Part shown: positions 13,953 to 27,945 of the stretch, piece after piece
How positions within the stretch are numbered: position 1 is the stretch's first letter
Layout of the letters: every line of letters starts with the position of its first letter
Origin: Octopus sinensis
Lineage: Eukaryota
Length of the DNA: 64,000 bases
Assembly: GCF_006345805.1 (NCBI RefSeq)
Contig: NW_021833603.1
Span: forward strand, 1 to 64,000
Reading direction: 5' to 3'
Translations under genes and position numbers: made by a program
The notes under the pieces: model-generated
Told to the model about the DNA's origin: nothing
The model's input: the letters and a program-made list of their open reading frames with translations, nothing else
The model's database searches: none

Positions 13953-16201
13953 CTATAGCGGAAGACACTTGCCCAAGGTGCCACGCAGTGGAACTGAACC
14001 TAGAACCATGTGATTGGGAAGCAAACTTCTTACCTCACAACTACGCTTGCGCCTGATACACATATATGTATGTGTGTGTGTGTGCGCGTGTGTGTGAGTG
14101 TGCGTGTGTGTGTGAGTGTGTGTGTGTGTGTGGTGTGTGTGTGTGCGTGTATGTGTGTGTGCCTGTGTACATATATATAGGCAGCTAAGGTATAGATGCA
14201 TACATACATACATACATACACTTATACAAGCATACATGCATATGTCTGCGATCTGTATGCACATAACGGTGCGTCGAAGTGCATTCAGTTAATTCAAAAG
14301 GTATCTTCGCCACTCGATAACAAGAGATCAATTAGAGAAATATCAAACATGCACAAGTATTGACGTGGATACGATCAACTATAAACTTTTACAGGCGTTG
14401 CCCTAACATGACCTTTACTTCATTGACTGATGCCAGCAAAAGCAGATGTCATCGAATTCGATTAAATATTTCAATTCAGCGTGTATCGATTATGTCATCC
14501 AGTATGTTGTCACACTTTAGAATTGTGTAACCTACATTTATGAAGATAATTTCTTTACAGGTTTCATAACATTATAAATGATAGACCTAGAGTGCAAAGA
14601 AATGTATTTTAAACCTTCACAACTATATTTTATTTTCTAGAGTGTGTAATTTTCTTAGATCGCCATACGTACGGTGAAGCAAGAATCAAAAACGTTTCGG
14701 CAGATTCGAACCTGAATATACTAATCACTGTTTTTTTTGTTTTTTTTTTGTCACAGGAGAATAGCTTCTTTACAATGAATGTGTGTTCATAACATACTCG
14801 ATTCATTAGCACAAGGGATTCTGAACACCCTGAACTAATGAATTTATAAAGAGCCGATGCTTTGTTTATAGCTTCAGCCATTCCAAAATCCGTTGCCTTA
14901 ATGAATTGAGTGTTATAAATGTACATTCGTCAAAAAGTTGTTCTCCTGTGACAAAATATAACAAAATATTGATGTCCGAATCTGCCGAAACGGTTAAATA
15001 ATGAATATGCATGTCATCTTTTTCTTGCCTATTCCAAATGTCAGTGGTCCAGTTAAATCAACTCCAATGCTGGATCAAGTTTTCGTCATTCAAATATTAT
15101 CTTCGACTACCGATGAGTTTTCTTTCGTAAAACAAAACTGGACCAAAGCAGGCTGTAATTCAGAAATACAGTAAGTACTCATTCTCTCTGTTACTACCGG
15201 CAATCGAACGTGACTCGCTTTTTCCATCTTTACCTGTATAATATTGCTAACCTAGACGTCACAGTGCAGCAAATAAAAGAATTGTTGTTTTCACTTTCTT
15301 TGTCTATGTGCAATTATCGATCTGACCGTAGCGAATGCATTCTTAAGTTTCCGGTGCTGAAGTTGGCAGAAATAAAAGGAAGCCAGACGTCTAATAAAAA
15401 GAATAACACCAAACAGGAAAAATCGAAGAAAAGGGAAAAAACATTCTACACGACCATTTCACAAAATCGTTAGTGCGTTTCAGTAAAACAGTCGGCGGTA
15501 TTTGTTCCGTCTTTTAAAATTTTAAGTTCAAATCCAGCCAAGATGAAATTCGCATTCCATTGCTATGGGCTCGATAAAATAAAGTATCAGTAAAAAAAAC
15601 TGGTTTCGATATAAAGGAGTAACACTCCTCGCCCAAATTTCATGCTTTGTGTATGATTTAGAACCATGGAGAAAATGCCTTGTGATATTTAATTGCGGCT
15701 CTCTACGTTCTGAACTCAAATTTCACCGACGTTAACTTTGACTCCCGGAGTCGATAGTAGAGAGAAAACCTTTCCTCTTAAAACTGCTGACTTTTGTGAG
15801 TATTTACAAATACGCCGAAACAAATAAAAGATTAAAAAAGATGAATATATTTACATAATAAAGCCATTTCCTCTAGCGATATCAGTTACTATGCAATAGT
15901 ATACAGTATACAGATATCATGACTATGCAAATCTGGTTCACCAATTTGATAAAAAAGATAATAATTGTCTAAGGAATTTGCGACAAGAGCTTAGATAATT
16001 TTTCTTACTAACGTAGGTAAATCTGAGTGGTTAACAGTTTCGATTTTGCGACCTCAAGGTTTAGAGTGGTAAACTACCACTGCACGACACTTTGGGCAAC
16101 TAACTTGTGTTGTCCGATACTTTGGTAGACGGAAATGATTAAAAGTCCGTTTCTTCCCCACCACACATACACACAAACATACACGCACACGCACACACAC
16201 G

Positions 16202-16246
<45 letters not shown>

Positions 16247-16247
<1 letters not shown>

Positions 16248-16486
16248 CTAATAAGGATAAAATTTCTTTTGAAAAAAATTTTATCAATGGCCAGCATATT
16301 AAAAAATACCTTTAAAGGTTAAATTTATAAACAATTCATAAATAAGGGCAAAGGAAAAAATTTCAAATGCCAAATATGCCGAAAAATTGTACATATTGTC
16401 CATTAACCATATAATTTCTTCACAAAGCGCACGCTACTCGAAAAAAGGCCGACCGAAATTTCTAAAAAATTCCATGAATTGTTTAT

Positions 16487-16517
<31 letters not shown>

Positions 16518-16750
16518 CTAATGAGGATAAAATTTCTTTTGAAAAAAATTTTATCAATGGCCAGCATATTAAAAAATACCTTTAAAGGTTAAATTTATAA
16601 ACAATTCATAAATAAGGGCAAAGGAAAAAATTTCAAATGCCAAATATGCCGAAAAATTGTACATATTGTCCATTAACCATATAATTTCTTCACAAAGCGC
16701 ACGCTACTCGAAAAAAGGCCGACCGAAATTTCTAAAAAATTCCATGAATT

Positions 16751-16755
<5 letters not shown>
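16247..16755. repeat. Tandem duplication, period 270 bp, separated by (TA)n
   Basis: 16247-16485 and 16517-16755 differ at only one position that I could see. Confidence 0.9.
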
Positions 16756-16789
<34 letters not shown>

Positions 16790-17014
16790 TGTGCGTGTGT
16801 GTGTGTGTGTATGTGTGTGTGTGTGCGCGTGTTTATAGAGTGTTTTAGGTTTATATAAAGCAACAAACCGTACGTGTCGCAACAAAAGAAGTAGACTTCA
16901 ATATCATTGAAACGGAGGACTATTCTTAATATAAAATCCTGCGCCTATATGGATATATGGATATGGATATAACGTAGAAGAGTATGAAACCGGATAATGT
17001 AAAACAATGGTTTA

Positions 17015-17505
17015 AGGTAAATGAGTGAGGCACTGACATAACGTAGGGGAATGAAATACTAGTATAAGGTGAGTAAGACACTGGTATAAAGTAGGAGAAT
17101 AAGACACTGGTATAACGAAGGAGAGTAAGACACTGGAATGAGGTAGGAGAGTAAACCAGTGGTATAAGGTGGGAGAGTAAGACATTGGTGTTAGGTAGAA
17201 GGTAAGGCACTGGTATAATGTAGGATAGTAAGACATTGGTATAATGCAGGAGAGTAAGAGATTGGTGTTAGGTAGAAGGTAAGACACTGGTATAATGTAG
17301 GATTGTAAAACATTGGTATAACGCAGGAGAGTAAGATATTGGTATAAAGAAGGAGAATAAGATACTGGTGCAGCGTAGGGGAGTAAGACATTGGTATAAC
17401 GAAGGAGAGTAAAACACTGGTATAACAGAGTACGACACTGGTGGTATAACGTAGGAGAGGGAGACATCGGTATAACGCAGGAAGTGAGACACTGGTATAA
17501 CGAAA
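17015..17505. repeat. Diverged minisatellite, ~26-28 bp unit
   Basis: Approximate consensus GAGTAAGACACTGGTATAACGTAGGA, roughly 17-18 copies. Confidence 0.9.
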
Positions 17506-19348
17506 GAATTATCCAGTAAAATTTTTTTGCTAGTTTATTTTGTCTCTCTGTCTACTTTCCTAGTGCTATATGAACATTTAATGTGGCTTTAGGGTCAGGT
17601 TTTGACTGCTATTTCAGCGTGGTGGTATCTCTCAGATATCCTAATTTATAATTTTAAATAATTATTACCTTTGTAAGGTTTTCATTCCAAGGCTGGCCAC
17701 TTGATAAGATCGATATTTAAATATCGATCTTATTCTTATTTATAAATATAAATATATATATATATATGTGTGTGTGGGGGGTGGGGTGAGTGTGTGTGTG
17801 TGTGTGTGTACGTATGTATGTGTTTAAGTAAGTATGTATATATGTATGTATGTCCGAGTGTTTTTCACCTCCACCACCGCCTTAACATTTATATCTCCCG
17901 TCTGGTGTGTTATTGAGAAGAATATAGTTCAACCAGTTTCATTCATTTCAGAATGATATATTCAACAAACATGAAGGAAATTTACCATAGAAAACCACCT
18001 TTGACTAAGGAAAAGAATTTAAAGCGACATTCTTTAAATTCTCTCTATATATATGTTGTATTTTCCATTCGAAATAGGTAAATTTATGACGCATAAAACT
18101 GTTATACACCAGATATACAGTGACCGCCCAATTAGAGCACAGCAAATATAGATTTTCTCCCCATTTTTCTCTCTCTCTCTTTCTACATTTCTCTTTCTTT
18201 TCCTTTGTTCACTGATGGTCTCATCTCAAGGTAAATAGGCCATACTGTGGCCGAATTTTTCATTCCTTGACTTCGTACCAAGATTGTCTCAAGTGATGGA
18301 TATTACTTCAAATGGATTATTAAATGTTATTGTTTGTTTATTTATAGGCCTAGACATGTCTTCGAGGTTAAGAAGAAGAAGAGAAGGAGAGAAGAAAACA
18401 CAATCGTATTTGCGTTAACAGCACGCTAACTACTACACGACAAGTTCAGCTACACAAGTTCTTAGTTACCTGATCCTCTGATGTGCATAATAGTTTCTCA
18501 ACTTATCTAATTATCAGGCCGAGATTATCTTACCTAAATGAAGCTTAGATTGTCGTTTGGAATTTCCACCTTAATTAATAGCTGCTATATTATTGCTCGG
18601 AATTTCCAAATTCACTTGCTGCAGTGTTGAGTAACTATTATGTCAGAGGGTCGACTTGCTAAGAAACTTGAGTAAGCTACATTTTAAGCATTTCACCCCA
18701 TTAATTTGGATGTTTACGTGCATTTGTAGTAACTCTAGTTGCTAACCGTGAGCCATTAAGACACTATCAGCTTCTCGAATTCCTTCGTAATTTCGATATG
18801 TGGAAAACTGTGTATCTTTCGATGCCAATAAATCGCCATTGTTCTCTAACGTACATTATCCAGTAATTGTTCTAATACCTGCCAAACTGCAAGAAACTAA
18901 CAAACTAGCTACACTTGGATCCTTGGATCTTACACCTGCATAGCGAAATACCGATATATATGTATATATGTACTTTTACTGCTTATATTTTGTACTGTCG
19001 TTACTGTCCTGTTTTTGTTACCATTTTTACCCCTCTGCAAAAAGATCTCAAATTTTATTTGATTTGCTTTCCGCAGGAAGGAAAGTTTCTATCAAAGATG
19101 CGTCTCGCCTTCACTTTCGAAACGCAAAGTAGATGAAACCATGGCGACTGAAGAAGGAGTTTTTTCCTTGTGTTATTTGTCCTGTACTCTATTTTTTTGT
19201 TAAGTAAAATGTCCAGTTCCTTGGGTTTGTGTCTATGTTTTCGTTTCTCATTATGTTCGATGTTTTTGTTGGTGTTCTGTACTCATATATGCGTGTATAT
19301 ATATTAATGTAGAGGTAGGGAGTACATATATGCATATTTTATTTATTA

Positions 19349-19395
<47 letters not shown>

Positions 19396-19674
19396 TATAT
19401 ATAGTTAATCCAAATATGAAAACACAAAGAGAAAAGACAACAACGCGAGAACGTGGAACAAGTATAGTATTATTGGACGCTCAGGAAAAAGGAAAAGAAG
19501 GAGGGTCTAACGGAGCTCTTCGCCAGAAACACAGGAAAAGGAAAGGTCCAAAGAAAGGAAGACGGAGGGAAAAATCGCCAAAGGTACACACGCGGTCACA
19601 TACATACATACATACATACATACATACATACGTACATACACACACACACACACACACCACACACACACACACAC

Positions 19675-19719
<45 letters not shown>

Positions 19720-19765
19720 CTAATAGTGGTTTTGTCTCTAATTTAATATAAGATATATATATATA

Positions 19766-20163
19766 GGCGCAGCAGTGGCTGTGTGGTAAGTAGCTTGCTA
19801 ACCAACCACATGGTTCCGGGTTCAGTCCCACTGCGTGGCATCTTGGGCAAGTGTCTTCTGCTATAGCCCCGGGCCGACCAATGCCTTGTGAGTGGATTTG
19901 GTAGACGGAAACTGAAAGAAGCCTGTCGTATATATGTATATATATATGTGTGTTTATGTGTCTGTGTTTGTCCCCCTAGCATTGCTTGACAACCGATGCT
20001 GGTGTGTTTACGTCCCCGTCACTTAGCAGTTCGGCAAAAGAGACCGATAGAATAAGTACTAGGCTTACAAAGAATAAGTCCCGCGGTCGATTTGCTCGAC
20101 TAAAGGCGGTGCTCCAGCATGGCCGCAGTCAAATGACTCAAACAAGTAAAACAGTAAAAGAGT
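19766..20163 (+). mobile_element. tRNA-derived SINE, family A, full length
   Basis: A box TGGCTGTGTGG, B box GGTTCAGTCC, CORE-like TTGGGCAAGTG, internal TA/TG run and (GTAAAAGA)n tail. Confidence 0.85.
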
Positions 20164-20211
<48 letters not shown>

Positions 20212-20369
20212 GTGTATATATATATATAGATATATATGTATATATACATACATATATGTATATATTATATATTTGTATATATATATAGTGTCTTAATGGC
20301 TCACGGTTAGCAACTAGAGTTACTACAAATGCAAGTAAACATCCAAATTAATGGGGTGAAATCCTTAAA

Positions 20370-20532
20370 GGCGCAGCAGTGGCTGTGTGGTAAGTAGCTT
20401 GCTAACCAACCACATGGTTCCGGGTTCAGTCCCTCTGCGGGGCATCTTGGGCAAGTGTCTTCTGCTATAGCTCCGGGCCGACCAATGCCTTGTGAGTGGA
20501 TTTGGTAGACGGAAACTGAAATAAGCCTCTCG

Positions 20533-20565
<33 letters not shown>

Positions 20566-20785
20566 TTGTGTGTCTGTGTTTGTCCCCCTAGCATTGCTTG
20601 ACAACCGATGCTGGTGTGTTTCCGTCCCCGATACTTAGCGGTGCGGCAAAAAAGACCGATAGAATAAGTACTGGGCTTACAAAGAATAAGTCCCGGGGTC
20701 GATTTGTTCGACTAAAGGCAGTGCTCCAGCATGACCGCAGTCAAATGACTGAAACAAGTAAAAGAGTAAAAGAGTAAAAAGAGAG
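20370..20785 (+). mobile_element. tRNA-derived SINE, family A, full length
   Basis: Second near-identical copy in tandem with 19766-20163. Confidence 0.85.
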
Positions 20786-21417
20786 TATGTATATATATAT
20801 ATATGTATATACATATATGTATATATATATACGAAAGAAGGTTTGAAAATGCAATTTAAAAGATGTTTATTTACTTTACCGGTTTCACTCTTTGGAAAAA
20901 GATTGTCAAAAGTAACATGTGGAAGTTTGGTTGCGTTAATTATTTGTCGTTTCAAATCGCTACATTACATATATATATACAGTCTTTGGTAACAGGGACA
21001 TGTTAAGGACATAAAAAAGTTCAACAAGTTCCTTAAAATATTGGGCAAAAAAGATTACATAAATAATCGTTTTCAAGGACATACTTAAGATAGTTTCCAG
21101 AAGGAATTGATATTGGTACTGTATCTGTATATTGAAACATGCACAGAATATTGGTTGACACAGAGTACTATAATCCATATAAATATACATTCTTTGGTGA
21201 CAACAGTATGTTGAGAATATAAAAAAGTTTAACAAGCTCATTGAAATAATGGGCAGAAAAGGTTAAAACAAATATATTATACATCTCAAGGTAATTTATA
21301 TATATATACATATACATACATGCATAATACATAAATACATACATACATACGTACAGAGATACATACGTACATACATACATACATACATACATACATACAT
21401 ACATACATACATACATA

Positions 21418-21900
21418 CGAGGGTAACCCCAACAGTAAGGTCTCCAAAAATATTTAGAAATCACAGAAATATTTATTGTCAATGATGTTTACATTATTTT
21501 AAAGTTTGAACCATTTATCTATTTTTCTACATAATCCAGAGTGATTCGCCGATTTTCACGCAGGAATTGCCCAAACATCGCAACTGCCTCGTCGGAAATT
21601 AATAGTCGCCTGCGTCTTTCTTCATCATGTATTTGAGTACGACAAGCTGCAAATTCCCTATACCACTGGCGGACGTTTTTGACATCCATGCACGACTCAC
21701 CATACACTTACGGTTAAATGACTTTTGCGTTAAAAAATCGAATAACTGCGCGATTTTACACATGGCAGTAGCATCAAGTGGTAGCTCCAGCAGATACAAC
21801 TGATACAAGCCAAGACTTAGCGTAGCAGCCAGGTACTCGCAGGGGCAGACGCATGCACAACAAACACAATGGTGTTGCCAAGAGCCGCACGAACATTTTC
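21418..21900 (-). mobile_element. Mariner (Tc1/mariner) remnant
   Basis: TA|CGAGGG terminus. Minus-strand peptide YGESCMDVKNVRQWYREF...IHDEER...ENRRIT matches the mariner transposase HTH region. Confidence 0.8.
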
Positions 21901-21959
21901 CCTTCGTCCCCAGCGTTTTTGTTAAATATTGTTATTGTTTTTGCTCAATAAAATTTGTT

Positions 21960-21992
21960 GAAAAAATTCGCAATAGTTATGCACCAACCCAA
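21960..21992 (-). mobile_element. Isolated mariner TIR (Hsmar1/cecropia-like)
   Basis: Minus strand TA-TTGGGTTGGTGCATAACTATTGCG resembles the TTAGGTTGGTGCAAAAGTAATTGCG TIR. Confidence 0.6.
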
Positions 21993-22760
21993 TATATATA
22001 TATATAATATATAATATACTATAATATAAATATATGCATGCATACATACATATATGTACATACATATATATGTATATATACATGCATATCTGGGTACAGG
22101 ACATCAAAAACGTTGAACACAATGAGAAACGAGAACATAAAATCAAAGACATTAAAAACGAACTTTTGTTTCAAACAACGAAAAAATAACCCCAGAAAAA
22201 CGAGGCATAAAAAATAATCCCCTTCATCAGTTGTCCCTCTTTCATCTACTCCGCGATCGAAGGTAAGGACAAGACGCGACTTCGTTGAAACAATCCTTCC
22301 CGCAAAGCAAATTAAATAAAATTTGGGATTTTTTGCGGAGGGTGAAAGTGGTAAGAAGAACAGGACAGTGAGAGCAAGTCAGTAAAAGCAAACGTTGAGT
22401 GCTGTTAAGCCGAGACGATAGAAAAATTATCGTAATTATTACGATAAAACTTACTTGGAAATGTGTGTGTATGCGTGTGTCTGTGTGTGAGTCTGTTGTG
22501 TGTGTAAGATAAAATGCGTAAAGTCCGTCCCTACTGAGCAGATTTAACTTCTTTCATCTGCTCTTGGTGTACTTCTAACTTCTAATTTGCTAAAGGTTCT
22601 CTAAGGTCTTTGTAATACTGTTGCATTACAATAGCATGGGATGACGTTCACTTATTACACTGACTAATATGTATGCATATCAGAGAGAGTTTGTGACTGG
22701 AAAAAGCATATAGTATTTTGCAAGGGAAATGAGTTTTAATCACTAGCCTGATGATCATCA

Positions 22761-22801
22761 CACACTGAAGATGGGCAACTACTCAGAAACTCGGGTTTGT
22801 G
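22761..22801 (+). ncRNA. Type I hammerhead ribozyme
   Basis: CACA-CTGAAGA-TGGG/CTCA-GAAA-CTCGGG-TT-TGTG, with near-palindromic AAACTCGGGTTT. Confidence 0.6.
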
Positions 22802-23592
22802 AGTATCACAAAAAGCTAGAGACGGGAGCGATGACCTCCCCTCGTAAATACTAATCAGACACAGTCAGCATGTCTTTAGTCAGCTAGAGGAGATGTGTTC
22901 TTGGGGCTAAAAACAACAGTAATATCGTTCTAATCCACACACAAGGCCTTGGTCAGCTCGAGACTGTATAGAAGATACTTGCCTAAGGTACCACGCGGTG
23001 GGCCTCAACCTGATACCATGTGGTTGGAAAGCAAACTTCTTATCACACAACCATTCATATATATATATACATATATGAATGTATGCACTTACATGTGCAT
23101 ACTTAGGAACATAAGGAGCTTAAGAGGAAATCGTCCAATGAAAATAACATACAATTCTATATATCTCCGCCAACAATTCACCAAATTTTATCTTTAAAAC
23201 GAATATATACATACATGTATATGCATATGTATACGTATGTATGTATGTATGTATGTATGTATGTATGTATGTATGTATGTATGTATGTATGTATGTATGT
23301 AGGTATGTATGCATGTATATAAAGAAAGCCATTGGAGAAAAACATTACTTACAAACGACATTACGAACAAGAGTATCAAGATTGAAAATATAAGTGAGTT
23401 GATTTATGCTTTTACTTCGCTTTGTTTAATTAATGTTAGTGTTTGCTCGTCAAATCCCGATGGATATTTTTTCTCTTCTATTGTTAATACACTTTCGCAC
23501 CGCTGCCATTTTCCGGCAGCTTAATTTCGTAAGGTCTACATAAATTATACTCCTGAATACAGTTAAGTGACCTGAACTATTAATAACTGCTT

Positions 23593-23666
<74 letters not shown>

Positions 23667-23854
23667 CTTGTGATGATGATGGTGGTGGTGCTGGTGATCA
23701 TTGTTTTGTTGTTGATCCCCACGTCTACTCTCATTGAATATGCCTACGACGAAATCTCCTTTAGCTGTTACTATCCTGTATTGTTTTATTTTTTGAGTCA
23801 TAGTATATGTGCGACTACCTTATCCAATACGTCTTTCATTTTCAAGTCGACAGT

Positions 23855-25005
23855 GTGATTTGAGAGATATTTCAGCCGCTACATCTAGGAGAACATAAGA
23901 CACAACAAATGAGGCACTACTTTGTCAAATGTGTTTTCCCCTATAAAACCCGAAGGTAGGATTTGAGAGAGATTTCGGCCGCTACATCTAGGAGAACATA
24001 AGACACAAATGAGGCACTACTTTGTCAAATAGGTTTTCCCCTATAAAACCCGAATGTAGCATTTGAGAGATATTTCGGCCGCTACATCTAGGAGAACATA
24101 AGACACAAATGAGGCACTACTTTACTACTTTGTCAAATAGGTTTTCCCCTATAAAACCCGAAGGTAGTATTTGAGAGATATTTCGGCCGCTACATCTAGG
24201 AGAATATAAGACACAAATGAGGCACTACTTTACTACTTTGTCAAATAGGTTTTCCCCCACATCTACATAAGTCTCAAATGAGGCACTACTTTACTACTTT
24301 GTCAAATAGGTTTTCCCCTATAAAAACCGAATGTAGGATTTGAGAGAGATTTCAGCCGCTACATCTAGGAGAACATAAGACACAAATGAGGCACTACTTT
24401 ACTACTTTGTCAAATAGGTTTTCCCCTATAAAACCCGAATGTAGGATTTGAGAGATATTTCGGCCGCTACATCTAGGAGAACATAAGACACAAATGAGGC
24501 ACTACTTTACTACTTTGTCAAATAGGTTTTCCCCTATAACAACCGAATGTAGGATTTGAGAGATATTTCGGCCGCTACATCTAGGAGAACATAAGACACA
24601 AATGAGGCACTACTTTACTACTTTGTCAATAGGTTTTCCCCTATAAAACCCGAAGGTAGTATTTGAGAGATATTTCGGCCGCTACATCTAGGAGAACATA
24701 AGACACAAATGAGGCACTACTTTACTACTTTGTCAAATAGGTTTTCCCCTATAAAACCGGAAGGTAGGATTTGAGAGATATTTCGGCCGCTACATCTACG
24801 AGAACATAAGACACAAATGAGGCACTACTTTACTACTTTGTCAAATAGGTCTTTCTCTATAAAACCGGAAGGTAGGTTTTGAGAGAGATTCCAGCCGCTA
24901 CATCTAGAACATAAGACACAATAAATGAGTCACTACTTTGTCAAATAGGTTTTCCCTATAAAACACCAAGGTAGAATTTGAGAGAGATATTGGCTGTTAC
25001 TTCTA
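23855..25005. repeat. Minisatellite, ~108 bp unit, about 11 copies
   Basis: TTCGGCCGCTACATCTAGG recurs at 107-108 bp spacing (24074, 24182; 24459, 24567, 24674, 24782). One partial unit near 24260. Confidence 0.95.
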
Positions 25006-25235
25006 GCAGGTTAAATTACCACCTTGAGGTAGTCTCAGTCTGCACACTAAATGTATATCAAACATAGGAATGTTATACATTCCACAAATAATGTGCACAT
25101 ATTGAATTGCAATTATATCGAGTGTTAGATATTTCAGCACAATATAAATCAACCAGTTTTTATAGACAAGCAAGTAACCTATTTACGAAAGAAAAGTAAA
25201 ACGTGTATAAAATATCGACAAACTATATTTTAAAC

Positions 25236-25557
25236 CAGTGATTCTCAAAGTGGGCAGTATTACCCCACCCCCACCCCACCGAGGGAGGAGGTGGAAAGTT
25301 CCAAGGGGGCGTCGAAGAAACGTGGGGCGATGATGAGGTAGCGATTCATGTAAAAATTAGGGCGATAATGGGGTTAGCAGTTCATGTAAAAACAACATAA
25401 AAGGTTTATTAGGTGAAGTTTTATTTATAAAATACAGTTGCTTTGAATTTGCTTCAGAAAGCGGTCTATGTTTGTGATGGTTAGTTGGGGTGGTGCTGCT
25501 AGGAATGTGGACTGAGTGTCAACGGGGCGGCAGCCCAAAAAAGTTTCGGAACCACTG
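25236..25557. mobile_element. hAT-type MITE
   Basis: TIRs CAGTGATTCTCAAA / TTTCGGAACCACTG. 8 bp TSD TTTTAAAC / TTTCAAAC. Confidence 0.75.
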
Positions 25558-25654
25558 TTTCAAACCATAACCTCAATTGTATACGATGCATATTTTTCAA
25601 CATACAAAGGTAAAAATATTAGTTTGCCTGCAACTATTTGTGTTTGGGCAAGAT

Positions 25655-25694
<40 letters not shown>

Positions 25695-26198
25695 TGTGTG
25701 TGTGTGTGTGTGTGAAGTGTGTGGTTGAAATCACCTTGAAGAAGGTATTTCTTTTCCATTTACTTTGGTGAATAACGCTTACGTCAGGAAGAAGTGACAG
25801 CAGTAGACGGTATCTAACGATCATCGGGTTTTTTAAGCTATTACCTCATCGCATACAATGCGTGTTTCCCATTTGACAAAGACAAAAATACTCTGCAGTA
25901 TTTCTTTTATTCTTTTACTTGCTTCAGTCATTTGACTGCGGCCGTGCTGGAGCATCGCCTTTAATCGAACAAATCGACCCCAGGACTTATTCTTCCCAAG
26001 CCTAGAACTTATTCTATCGTTATTTCGCTAAACCGCTATGTTACAATCCTAAAGTATGCATGTATGTGGATATATATATACATATATACATATATACATA
26101 TATACATATATATGTATATATATATATATATAATATATATATATATATATAGGTATATATTAGATATAGATATTATGATAGATAGATAGACAGATAGC

Positions 26199-26231
<33 letters not shown>

Positions 26232-26237
26232 CAGATA

Positions 26238-26315
<78 letters not shown>

Positions 26316-26472
26316 TAGATAATAATATATATAATATAGATAGATAGATAGATAGATATATATATATATATATATATAACGGGAAGCTTTATGAAAATAA
26401 ACAAAAGACGAAGGCAGGTGGAGTACAAACAACAATTGTATTAGTATGGCGCTCAGGATATAATAAAACAAG

Positions 26473-26510
26473 TCTTTTACGTTTCGAGCCTACGCTCTTC
26501 AACAGAAAGA
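26473..26510 (-). ncRNA. Minimal type I hammerhead ribozyme
   Basis: Minus strand reads UCUUU-CUGUUGA-A-GAGC-GUAG-GCUC-GAAA-CG-UA-AAAGA. Stems are perfect but the core is the variant CUGUUGA. A deleted relative is at ~13090-13115. Confidence 0.6.
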
Positions 26511-26984
26511 TACACAGAAAAGAAACACGGAGAGAAACAAGGAGAGAAAAAAAATGCGTACAGAAGCTAGCGAATCAACATGGCGATCTGATTCCGGCCA
26601 GAAGTCAAAGATCAAACGTGAGACGCAAGAGCGAAAATAGGGGAGATAACAGGGTCAAATGACCACGCCCCAACATAAGGGTGTGTGTGTGTATGAGAGA
26701 GTATGTAGTGCGTATGAAAGGTCTGGACGTGTGTATGTATGTATGATGTGATTTGTAATGTCGTATGGTGTAGTGTAGAGAGAGGAGATGAGGGGGAGAG
26801 GGGAGGGGGATGGAGGAGGATGGAGGAGAGGGGGGAGATAAGGGGGAGAACTACCTTAAGAACGTGAACCGAATACCTTAACCACTAAGCCACGCGCCTG
26901 TACTTGTAAACTTGTATGTAACAGACTGAGTCTGTTAGTGAGATGGTTGCGTTTACATTGAAATTTTCTGAATATACAAAGTCA

Positions 26985-27445
26985 CCAAGGCCCACTTTGC
27001 CTTTCATCCTTTCGGGGTCTATAAATTAAGAAGCAGTAGCGTACTAGGGTCGATCTAATCGACTGGCCCCCTCCCACCAAATTTCGGGCCTTGTGCCTAG
27101 AGTAGAAAAGAATCGTTACCGCGATGGGCAAAAGGCTTAGCAGTATTTCGTCAGTCTCTACGTACTGGGATAAAATTCCGCCGTGGTGACATTCGGGGTC
27201 GATTTAATTGACTTACTCTCTTCTCGAATTTGCTGGCCTTGTGCCAATAGTTGAAACCAGTATCTATTTCAATGCAAAGGTGACAAGCTGGTGGAATCGT
27301 TAGCACACCGGGAAAAAATAGCGGCATTTCGGTCTTTATGTTCTGAGTTCAAATTCCGCGAGGTTGTCTTTTCTTTTTATCTTCCCAGGCTCGATAAAAG
27401 AAGTACCAGTTGAACACGAGGGTAAGTGTAATCGACTTAGCCTCA
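26985..27445 (+). mobile_element. Cluster of SINE family B fragments
   Basis: Repeated CTTTGCCTTTCATCCTTTCGGGGTC and GTTCTGAGTTCAAATTCCGC motifs. Confidence 0.7.
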
Positions 27446-27863
27446 CTCCACCCATGAAATCAATCATATTTTACCAGAGTCAATATATTTTAATTCATTG
27501 CTAAGAATGCAGCAATCAAGTATTGGACGCGATGGTATTGACTAATCTACTCCACTCAAATCTGTTAGCCTTCTGCCTAAATCAGAAACTATTTATAGCG
27601 CCAAAGCTGTGAGCAGGCAGAATGGTTGGGGCATCGGACATTTCATGCGCAATTTTTCTGTACCGTCACTTCTGACGAAGTTAACTTTGCTTTTCATCTC
27701 TCCGTAGGCGACAAAATAAATTATCAATCAAGTACAAGAGTCGATAATATCGACTGCTGCCCCACCTCTAAAAAATTGCTGACCTTGTGCCTAAATCAGA
27801 AGCTATTATAAAAGATCCATTTGCATTTGAATACTTTTAAAGAAATGCTGCCAGCTGGCCACC

Positions 27864-27944
<81 letters not shown>

Positions 27945-27945
<1 letters not shown>

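Noticed and set aside
15150-15270. First exon or promoter of the laccase (CA|GTAAGT donor, GACGTCA motif)
   Set aside because: Short motifs only; nothing links them to the acceptor at 32569.
19495-19535. Hammerhead (also 18470-18495 and 63715-63750)
   Set aside because: Core residues or the GAAA half are missing; relics at most.
22220-22265. Hammerhead at CTGATGAAGGGG (minus strand; relative at 19140-19160)
   Set aside because: I could not build stems II and III with a correctly placed GAAA.
23855-25005. CRISPR-like array
   Set aside because: Units are wholly repeated with no unique spacers, there are no cas genes, and the context is eukaryotic.
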